Below are positions 55,201-64,000 of a stretch of DNA of 64,000 nucleotides, piece by piece. How positions within the stretch are numbered: position 1 is the first letter of the stretch; each line of letters starts with the position of its first letter. The position numbers and the translations under genes were made by a program. Origin of the DNA: Utricularia gibba (taxonomy: Eukaryota; Plantae; Magnoliophyta); the NCBI GenBank assembly GCA_002189035.1, contig CM007989.1, positions 6,262,001-6,326,000 of the forward strand, given 5' to 3'. The notes beneath the pieces are model-generated. The model was given only the letters and a program-made list of their open reading frames with translations, was not told where the DNA came from and did not search any database.

Positions 55201-55876
55201 AATAGTTTGGAACAAACCGCCTCCTCATAACTCTTTTCATCTCAACCCAAGTGTGAATTGGTTCTTCAGAGTCAATCCTTCTTTTAGCCACCAATTGATC
55301 CCACCAAATGATAGCATACTCACTAAATTCCATGGAGGCCAATCTGATTTTCTTTTCGTCAGAGAAGGTGTTGCAATCAAAGACATGTTCTACTCTTGTT
55401 TCCCATTGGAGATATGCATCTGAATCATTCTTTCCTTGAAATTGAGGTATCTTCATCTTGATGTTGTTAACATCCTTTCCAATTCTTCCTCCGTCTCTTC
55501 TACCTCCCTGATCTCGAAATCTTCTTGTATCCCCATGCACAAAATCATTTTCACTATGTTCAATGTAGTCATCTTCTTCATCAGTATTCAGGGTTCGATC
55601 ACTTCTTTCAACAGTCCTTGCACTTCGTTGATCACTTAAGTCATGTTCAGTGTTGATGCGTTGATGCAATTGACTACCTCGACCCCTTCCAGCAGCATAA
55701 TTATCTTGTCTTCGTGCTCTTGCAACATTTTGCAAAGAATTTTCGTGTTCATCAAGCCTGACATTTATGTTTTCCAGAATGCGATGCAATCTAGTGAACT
55801 CCTGTTGCATAGCTTTCAAAGTGAACCTCCCATCCGGTGAGTCATCCTTTTCATGCTCACTTCTGGAATTTGACAT
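52238..55876 (-). CDS. Retrotransposon gag-pol (gag, CCHC knuckle, aspartic protease, RT, RNase H, start of integrase)
   Basis: Probable ATG at 55876. [45 protein letters not shown], RNase H CDASG..TDHESL; ends at REAHGGD* because of a frameshift. Confidence 0.95.
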   Translation of the reverse strand: MSNSRSEHEKDDSPDGRFTLKAMQQEFTRLHRILENINVRLDEHENSLQNVARARRQDNYAAGRGRGSQLHQRINTEHDLSDQRSARTVERSDRTLNTDEEDDYIEHSENDFVHGDTRRFRDQGGRRDGGRIGKDVNNIKMKIPQFQGKNDSDAYLQWETRVEHVFDCNTFSDEKKIRLASMEFSEYAIIWWDQLVAKRRIDSEEPIHTWVEMKRVMRRRFVPNYYQRDVYQRLQNLKQGSRPVEEYWQEMEILMIRAHVQEDREATMARFLHGMNKEIANIVELHHYIEMEDMIHMATKVEKQLSSKSFARDFNKRTSGSKFGGTNEMMERNKGKSSMEHFKFDIQSSSKQGERTTPPKGTTRNIKCFKCLGLGHIASECPNKRAMVIRGNGEVVSEDDDDLVETEAEVSDEDELPVSGEVLVTRRTLNIGVKDNDEQRENLFQTRCFVNRKVCSLIIDGGSCTNVASNILVEKLGLPTVRHPKPYNLQWFNEGSEVKVTKQVLVTFSIGRYEDEVLCDVVPMHASHILLGRPWEYDRRVFHDGFKNKYSFNYNGRSITLAPLSPKEAHEDQVRILSDARGLHTDNGKHKVVVRKGEEMSEVKMSEKKMRKSGEKRRDGKELSGKKDENEHKTESENMRVLGIERKNESLLARPSEIRHLLHARQPFILLMYKDEVPTSPNHASSIPSCVVSLLQVYEDVFPEELQGLPPLRGIEHQIDLVPGAQLPNRPAYRANPEETKEIQKQVEELVSKGFVRESMSPCSVPVLLVPKSDGTWRMCTDCRVINNITIKYRHPIPRLEDMLDELHGACVFSKIDLRSGYHQIRMKEGDEWKTAFKTKFGLHEWVVMPFGLTNAPSTFMRLMNHVLRPFISRFVVVYFDDILIYSKSIEEHVGHLKDVLDTLRKEKLFANIKKYVFCTNSVSFLGYIVSNAGVAVDEEKVRAIKEWPTPTSVGEVRSFHGLASFYRRFVRDFSSIAAPLTQLIKKNHAFHWGDEQEHAFKQLKNKLCSTPLLALPNFSDTFEIECDASGLGIGAVLMQKGRPLAYFSEKLHGATLNYPTYDKELYALVRALETWQHYLWPKEFVIHTDHESLKHLKAQVKLNRRHAKWVEFIDTFPYVIKYKKGKENVVADALSRRYTLLANLDARILGFASIIDLYVHDHDFGDIYKACELATSGLFFRKDGFLYRKDRLCIPSCSIRDLIVREAHGGD

Positions 55877-56694
55877 CCTAAATACTGGACAAAAGAAAAC
55901 GAGCAGCAAGGAAGAAAAGAGACTAAACTAAAAAGAACAAAGAAACACACACAAGATTTACCACTCAATACTCAAGCTTCAAGTCCTTGATGCACTCTTT
56001 AATGTCATCATGCTTGTTCTCATGGCATCTAACGAATTAATCACTTCCAGATTGGTATTGATTATAGTGTAATGATGGAGTTAGGTGAGGGTGGCAGTAT
56101 TAATAGTCTCAAGATGGAGACAAAGGGAAGTGTTTAAATTAAATTGGTTGCTTGTTGGAATAGATAAATAGGAAGGATGGACAGCAAGGTAAGAACAGAT
56201 GAAATCAGAGAATAGAGCACTACACACGAAATGTGTTGCTTGCTAAACTATAGAAATACAGGAATGGGCAATCAACAAAGAGAATAGTCAAATGGAAAGG
56301 TGGGGACACGTGAATGACAGGGGATGGGAATTGAAGATAAGAAAAACAACAATAAAGTGGTTGGTTGGTGGAATGGGAAAAGTAGAGAGGTGGGCCACAA
56401 TTTAAACATACATAATAATGTATGATAGTGATGGGTAATGGATGTTCACCTTCACACTCCTTATCCTCTTGCACACTTGAAAATGATATTCAATGTGTTC
56501 TTGCTATTCAATTGACACTCAATTTCGAGCTCTTCTTCAATCAACTTCCTGTGAACCTCCCTTTTTTTTTTGTACTAAAGCCAAAAGTAATAAGGACTTG
56601 GCTATAATGATTTTTTTTTTTTTTTTTTTTTGAATAGGCAGGAATGGAAGAACTCAAACAGGAACTGGATAATAATAAGGATAAGGAACCCAAA

Positions 56695-56706
56695 GCTCTG
56701 ATACCA
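56695..56706 (-). promoter_or_regulatory. Primer-binding site complementary to the initiator tRNA-Met 3' end
   Basis: Minus-strand TGGTATCAGAGC, 3 nt after the 5' LTR. Confidence 0.92.
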
Positions 56707-56709
56707 AAA

Positions 56710-57312
56710 TGATGTGACCCTCTAATCTATAGAGATTAGCAACCCACAAAAAAGAGGTGATTTTGAAGCTTAGAAGAGAACCCACCCAAGTCTACCCTCA
56801 AGAGAATAAATCTCTTGCAACCAGACTTCGAAACAAAGAAAATTAGGAGCCACACTTCAGAAAAGAGAGATTGATTGGAAGTGATAATCCTAGAACGCCA
56901 CAAGCTCAAAGCTTGATAAGTTAAGAGTATTCAAGCACTCAAAGGAGAGGGGAATCCTCACAAGATACATAAAATGACCAAAGATCCTGAATTAGTACAT
57001 CTCTAGAGTATTTATACTCTAGAATTGGGCTCTAACATTACATAGTCCAAACTAAATGAAATAGAAAAGTCTAACAAGCCCAATGCTCTAAGTTAAGTCC
57101 ATCTTCAAGTAGTTGAGCTCTTTTGATGGGATGTCTTCAAGCCCATGTTGATTCCAATGGTATTGAGTAGACCCTTAAGTGTATCTTCAACCATCTTTGT
57201 CTTGCTCCTAGTCATTGGTCCTGGTGGAATCATCTTTCTTTCTAATTTGTTCACTTGAACAAACTCCTCATCATTCTTCAAATACACTTCATTATCTTCC
57301 TGGGGCTCATCA
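56710..57312 (-). repeat. 5' LTR, 603 bp
   Basis: Partner of 50580-51183; followed on the minus strand by the PBS. Confidence 0.97.
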
Positions 57313-58190
57313 ATGCAAATGGCTTCGGCCAAGAGATACTGCCATATTTAATGCTTCAAGTTAGTAGGGTGATTTAAAAAAGTGGCCACTGTCATCTCAC
57401 TGTGTGATAAAAGTGGTCACCCTATGTGTAAAATTTTTGCCTTACTGTGTGAGAGATAAAGTTAGTATGAATGATTAGTTTGTTACTTCAATGTTTTCCG
57501 AATACGAGGTTATCATTAGTTCATCATTTTATTTCTTATTGAAAAATAAATAGGAATATTTAATTCTTTTTCACATTTCATTTTTGTTGTTTAATAATCC
57601 AAAATAACAAAAAGAAGTCACATAAGTTTTATCTCATTCTTGAGTTTATTACTCTTCCAACTCTTTTTTTTTTTCTTATATAATATTTTCAGAATTTCAT
57701 TGCTCTTTCTAATGAACATTAATGTATACTTAGTTATGCAGCTATTCCAATGATTCTTTTCTTATTTGTTTAAAATGTAAGTATTTTTACAATAAGTGCA
57801 TGAAATTTAAGAGAAGCAATTGTAGTGGCACTTTAACTTCTAAAATATAATAAAGTGACCAAATATGCAGTTGAAATATTTTGCCGTAATTTATATACAA
57901 TTGAGTGGTTTAGTGTCAAGAGCCCGATTAAATATGTTTTAGATGGGCCCGCGGGCCGGCCCAAGATGAGCCCATCATTTCTCTCCACCACGTGATCATG
58001 TTCTTTAAACAAATGAGGAAGAAATGAGTCACGTATTCCCACTTGACAGCTCAAACAACACCACATGTTTAACTGGAGAGAAAAAGAATGGAAGACCTTG
58101 AGTTAAGGCCATTAACCAATCAATAACCACAGAGCATCAGCAGCAAGGTTCCAGGAGCTTCGTCCCAGAGGTGACATGTAACGGGATGCC

Positions 58191-60561
58191 TTAGAGGGAC
58201 GACGAGTGCGTCTCCCCGCAGCGCGGCCACAGAGAAGAGCATTTATCGGAATCGGGTACTCGTCTCTGAGAGATGTGGAAGTTGTGAAAACTCTGAGGTA
58301 GAACTGTTGCCCCAAATACTGTCTACTCCACGCCTCTGATCTGATATTCCACATCCCCACATTATCTAGCGCCACATAGATTGCTGTCCATGATCTCGGG
58401 TAAACCTGTGGACAATCAGAGGCTTATCTCTCGAGCTTGTGCGTTTCGTGGGATAAAGAGGGTAGCTTTCTTACTTGGACTGTGCTGCGAGACACGGCGT
58501 CGCGGAGATTGTACTGGTCTCTGCTTGCGGAGTTAAATGGGAGGCCGTCCATTCTGTTAAAGGTTCGTGTGGTCAGGAGTTGTGCAGCATTGTATGGAAT
58601 GGTGATGGTGAATTGGTGAGGGACTGCTTACCCGACGACCCAGAAGGAGTAGCCGCTGAAATGGTAGCTCTGGACGATGTCCTCTGAGTTCTCGAAAACG
58701 ATCTCGATGAAAGTCCGGTAGTCAGTCTGAAGTACTGATGTGTCCAGATAGATGCCTCCTCCGGAGGGGGCATCCGGGATGCTCCCAACACGGTACACGC
58801 CACTGATCTTGAAGTAATCAGCCAGCTTCAATGGTGTGTCAGCCTGGGTGTACGAGACGCTGTTTATTGCGTATCTTTGCTTCCCGTTTACCAGCCCCGC
58901 GGAGCTGCTCAGCCTGATGGTTCTTGAAATGTTGATCATGCCGTAGTGGTAAGATCCTTGAGGATTCGGCCTCGGTCCACTTGCTGTAAGATTTGTCCTG
59001 TTTTCAAAAAGTAAAGAGAATGTTGGTATAAAAGCTTCAACCTTGTGTGCAAATGGTGATTTTGCAGAACCTGAACGAACGAGCCTGGTTCAAGGACCAA
59101 TCGATTTCAGTCGTTGGACCACCGGGAAGTGGGCCGACCGGGGACTACTCGACCCCAGGTAACGCAAAATGCCGGTGGTGGTAAGAATCTGAGAAGTAAA
59201 ACGAGTAGAAACAACAATGTAATATGCTTGAGGCGGCTGATCAGCAGTCACAAGCACCGAAATGCATTGCCCAAGATGAACATCAAGAGATGAGTAGCTG
59301 ATTTGCAATGTATGAGTTCCCTCAATTTCCACAACTTTCATCTTGTGCCCTGGATCCGGACGTTGACCGAATTCTGCAACCCCACGTTGCAGATTCTCAG
59401 TCTGTATGTTTTCCCTGATAAAGAAACAACCATCATTCAGTCATTCCTCCTCTCCAGTTCCTGGCTAAGGTTAAAGAAGGTAATTATTCTACCTTGTTGA
59501 ACGGTGAACGAAGCCGAATTCGAACCACGGCCGTTGATGAGGAGTCCATCAGGAAACGGCAGTTGCCTGCCCCCATCAAGAATGGCTCTCAAGTCCTGTA
59601 GACCGAAAACCATAGGAGCGACTTTAGAACAACAGAGGAAGTGAAGAGTCTTTACTGAGAAACGGAAGTCCCTCAACAACACCTACCGTGTGATTGGCCT
59701 TGTACCAATCTCCAACAAGCAGGAAGTAATCCTCAGCTGGAGGATCAAAAGGGACTGGGATTAGCGGTCGGCTGAGGATCCGAATTCCCCCAATGCCGCC
59801 GGCCGCCTTCTGAAAACCCAACGATGGGAAGTAGAAGAAGCTCCCAATTTGATCCTTCATTTGCAGAATGTAGGTGAAGTTCCTGCCCGGAGGAATTGGG
59901 CAAGTCGTACCGGGCAAGCCATCTTCAAATGAGTTCCTTCTGTTCTGCACTCCCGACCTTAGTTCAAAACACCAAGTAAACCACACATTTAGCTCTTAAA
60001 CCCCTGGTTATAGGGTACAATCTCTTGGCAGCTTAATAGAATAGGACGTATAGTTTCACTTGCCGACCAAAAAAAAAAAAAAAGTTCCCTCAAGAAAGGA
60101 TTTTCAGATTTTGACACCGCCGCAAGAAGAAATAAAGCTACAAAGAGGTAAAAAAGAAAGAAAAAAGCCAGATGCAGATTGCCCTATTCCATTGTACTTT
60201 GAATCACACTTTTGGTGGTTACCAGTGGATGAGGAAAGGCTCATCAAGGCTGTTGATTACATTGACAATAACATTGTCGTTGGTGACGGAGTAAATCTCC
60301 GGCCCCGGAAACTGCCCATTTATCAAAATCCCCTGTAAAACAGAGTAGAAAACTCAGTCCACTCCCCGCCGCCGTGCCAGATCCAACACACAACAAACAT
60401 GTCATCGAACACAGAGGAAAAAAGGGTACCTGCTGAGGGACCCCAAGAGGGGAAATCGTGCCATAGGTGACGTTCCAGGAGAAGAACCTGTAAGGACTGT
60501 CGGCAACCACCGCAGCCGCAAGAAATGCCAACAGAAACGCCACTCTGAGCGGTGGCGCCAT
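58191..60561 (-). CDS. SKS: SKU5-similar (SKS5-like) multicopper-oxidase-like secreted protein, 8 exons, with three apparent -1 frameshifts
   Basis: Signal peptide MAPPLRVAFLLAFLAAAVVA, WNVTYG..GVPQQGILINGQFPGP, MKDQIGSFFYFPSL, TASGPRPNPQGSYHYG, LDNVGMWNIRSE, NALLCGRAAG. Frame breaks at 59348-59350, 59140-59143 and 58196-58198; as written, the last frame runs on to 58112. Confidence 0.9.
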
Positions 60562-63500
60562 GCCTTTTGTGTTAGAAAGAAGAAAGAGAGCACTTTTGGT
60601 GATACCCAGTAACCAGTTTGTTGTTGCGAGGAGAAAGCTGGGATGGAAAGCGAAGGTGAAAAACGAGTGAGTGACCGACAGACGCGTATGGGGCCGCCAT
60701 ATTTAAAGTGGTGCAGTGCAGCGAAGCGTGTAAACAGAAATGGGGATATACTATTTCTTTAAGCATTCCACAGCTGTGTGAGTTCAGGCATAATTCTCAC
60801 TCACCCCACCGCCCACCACCAGGGTTCACCGTTCCCACTCCACCCTCCTCCGCCGCAGATGCCACCTGGTTTTAGCCCTTTTTTAATATCTCCTCTATTT
60901 ATTCATTAATTATATACATTATTTTTTTAAAAGCTGTAAATTGTAATCCATCCAACCTTGACTTTGATTTGGTCAAACCCAAAGCCCGCGGATTCGAACC
61001 GCTTCAATTATTTTGGCAGATAATTTTGAATATTTCTTTCCAGGAAATGGAATTTTTGGGGATTTGGACCCAGCAAATTGAAAAAAAATTCATTGTTTAT
61101 TTATGTTTGGGTATTTTTTTAGAATATATTGTAAATGTGATACGCGTATTAAATGAGTATTATAATCTTTGTAAATTGAATTATTAATTTTTTTTCATAA
61201 AAGCAAAGAAGATTGAATTTAGAATTAATTAGAGGGGGGTTACGGCGTGAAGAAAGGAGTGAGGGCGACGGTGGCGATCGTGTCCTGTCTCGCCGGAGGT
61301 CTGGCGCAATTATGGCTGTCACATGGCCTTTCTCTTTTGCTCTCGCTTTCAGGGATCCAAATGCGACGTTTATCGGTAATACGCTTGAAAGCTTTTGATT
61401 ATCGGAAGGTCGCGTAGCGTCGGGATCCCAAGGCCCACTCCGCATCAGACTAGACACCAAACCAGAAGGCGTTCCCCGCAAAACACCAAAAAGTCCAACA
61501 CTGGCTCTGGGATGCAAGTGGAAATGCAATCCCTCCAGTCCTTCCCACTTCACCCACCCAACTACTACACCCATAAAAACATGACCCATGGATGGCATGC
61601 CATGTGGGCACTGCATTAAAATTTCAAATATAAAACAATAATTTCAATGTTATATCTAACAGAGTTTGAGAGGGTGATCACACCTTGTCTTGCAAACCAA
61701 ATATCAACGATATATACCTTGTGGAGCTTTTCATATTTAATAAGCTTTAGATAATATGAAGCGAGAATTTGGACCAGAAATGTGCAGGTATGCGAATTAT
61801 GAGCTATGGGTTTTCAATGCGGCTTAGAATGATTGTGATGCAAACCAAGCACAAGAAGCCAAAACACACAAGTTGCAGCATTGCGAGCACACAACCAGGT
61901 TTTGGAAAGAGGATGATATTCTGTAAAACGTGCTAAAATAATGAGATTGCATTTGCTGTTCTATATTTAAATATACCATATTCTTTTGACTATCTCAGTT
62001 TCAAGTAGATTATCTTAGCACAATGTGTGATATTCTACTTGCCAAGTTTAGAGCTGTCTCCTTATTTCTCTGTTTACCATATTTGTTGAACACCCTCTCT
62101 TATACTTAGTTGTGGTTAGATGCTAAGTTTGTTTCTCAAATATACTAGTCTCTTGAATGGCATTCTTTTGGTAAATAGATCTGCCAGTTGGTATTGAGAT
62201 GAGATGTGTTGCATCACCTAGTATCCTAGGACCACTATTTCTGATACAAATGATAATTAGCAATTTTATTATGCTGGCTTCCACAATATAGAACTGGATT
62301 TATCGTCAAGTGTAGAGCACCTAGATTGTCACATTATCGAGTGGCATCAGGTTTAACTCTGATGTCTCTAGTGCAAAGTGTAGCAAGGTTACTTCAATTG
62401 TCGTGTGTGCCATTGCTTGGATTGATAAACGAAAGTTTTCAAAGTCTCTCAAAAATAAAATTTTCATATCACATAAAATTTATAATTCCTAATGCATACA
62501 AATTACAAGTCCAAAAAATATATACAATGATTTCATGATCGAATTCAAGGAGTTTATGCTTATTATTTGATAAGTTCAATTATTTTGAAATAACAATTTC
62601 TGTAATAGTTCTTAACAAAAACTAACATCAATTTAATAGCATGACACGAAAATAAAAATAAAAATATAACAAAACTTTAAAGCCACTAATTTTAAAACCT
62701 AGATACCTCAAAAGTTTCAGGGAATGTGTTGGTTAAAGTTTTGGTATCAAAACTTTAAAGTATTTTTTAATTCTGGACAATCTAAATCTATCCAAACTTA
62801 TTTTTTATGATTTTTTTTTAAAATTTCTTGAATCACTTAACATTTAGTTCTATTATTTTATACAACAAATAAAATTAGAGCTATTGAATTCTATTGGTAT
62901 CTATGTACTCATATCTCATTTCTTTGATCTACCTATAAGTTGAGGTTTTTAAATTAGGTGTTTTTACTTATTTTTCTCCTAAATCTATCATGAAATATTG
63001 AGAAAACATATAGCATCCTCAAGTTTCAATCCCTCTATTCAATCAGCACACAACCTTTCATCCATAAAACATCACATTAAAGTTTAGCCACTCATGATAA
63101 AATAAAACAAGATGGCTTTATAAAATGAAAATACAAACAAGTTCATAACTTTTTTTCATGAAATTAAAGCAACAAATGTAAATAAATTATTCAAATGCAA
63201 AAAAGTTCAATGAAATAAATTTTTCCTTAATGAAAGTGGTTGCTAGTTCTTTTGGAATAAAGTTTGCTCCTCTTCTTGCTTTTGGTTCTTTTCTTTCTCC
63301 TATATGTATTATAAGTAAAAATTATTTGAAAATAATCAACTCCCTCCTCTTACAAATATCTTTGGATTTGTGAAAATCTCTCCCATTTATTCTCCATCTT
63401 TTTTGTCAATTGTATTACTTTTTGTAATCATTTTTCTTACTTTCATAATCTTTCATCTCTTTTTCCACAATCTATCATGTAGAAGTTTGTTAATATGATG

Positions 63501-64000
63501 TTTTTGCAAAAAAAAAATCATATTACTTTAATTTGTCAATAATTATCCATTTTGTGTGTATCTCATATTACATGTCATCGATTTCGGATATAGAATTTGG
63601 AGGTTGATAAAAAAAAAAAAAAGTCATACTACAAAACCTATAAATAAAATGTTAAAGCAAACTGTAGACTAAATCTATTATTTAGTGCATTTTGTAATAA
63701 AAATGCTCAAATCATCAAAATATTGAAAATTATATTTAAAATATTTAATTTTACCATAAAACATATTAATGTATAAGAATTAAAATATATGTTATTATCA
63801 ATAATTAACTTTTGTTGATGACGATATTTTTTGTTATTTCTTGTAACTCCAATAGATTGAATTTTCACATAGGATTAAACAATATTCAATGATCTAGCTT
63901 GCATAATCTGCATCCGACTATGTCTCCAAGTGCAATGAATAAAACTTATTTAAGGAAAGACTATGGTTCAATTGACATACTTGAATACTTCAATAACCAA

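Larger units (their letters stand above)
50580..57312 (-). mobile_element. Full-length Ty3/gypsy chromovirus of the CRM clade, recently inserted
   Basis: TG...CA LTRs at 50580-51183 and 56710-57312; 5-bp TSD ATGCA (50575-50579 and 57313-57317); PBS and PPT present; gag-PR-RT-RH-INT order; CRM-type gag [20 protein letters not shown]. Confidence 0.97.

Noticed and set aside
58112-58190. Hydrophobic C-terminal extension of SKS (..ALWLLIG) resembling a GPI signal
   Set aside because: It arises only from the -1 slip at 58196-58198; restoring one base gives the canonical RPL* end.
60985-61003. tRNA T-arm-like hairpin on the minus strand (GCGG TTCGAAT CCGC)
   Set aside because: The flanks are AT-rich, with no acceptor stem, D-arm or anticodon arm; not a tRNA.
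1-64000. The many short antisense or overlapping ORFs in the six-frame track, and any CRISPR, rRNA or snRNA genes
   Set aside because: The short ORFs are shadows of the annotated exons. I saw no repeat-spacer array, rRNA, snRNA or USE promoter signature, and the DNA is eukaryotic.

Overview
Gene-dense plant (eudicot, probably asterid; inference) nuclear window. It holds 14 host protein-coding genes, most with short introns of about 65-100 nt: CLC-c chloride channel, homoserine kinase, an uncharacterised basic protein, a coiled-coil protein, a synaptotagmin, a MxRCFPYPPPG-type uncharacterised protein, a small FD-like group-A bZIP, LARP1, a P-class PPR, an ACT-domain STY kinase, an MscS-like channel, U11/U12 25K, alpha-amylase 2 and a SKU5-similar protein. 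It also holds one young full-length CRM-clade Ty3/gypsy element (50580-57312; ATGCA target-site duplication; LTRs differ by 2 substitutions and 1 indel), two decayed MULE transposase remnants of one family, a Copia fragment and small repeats. I found no RNA genes or CRISPR arrays. Main points for follow-up: (i) the 131-aa FD-like bZIP next to LARP1 has Ser in place of Pro in its C-terminal 14-3-3 motif (RTSTASF); (ii) five -1 frameshifts, all in G/C homopolymers, hit CLC-c, the retroelement integrase and SKS (three times), which points more to assembly error than to biology; (iii) three GC-AG introns; (iv) a centromeric-type retrotransposon sits in gene-dense sequence. I did not find a clearly new multi-gene system. 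All gene models were spliced by eye, and the orthology statements are recalled knowledge that needs a database check.
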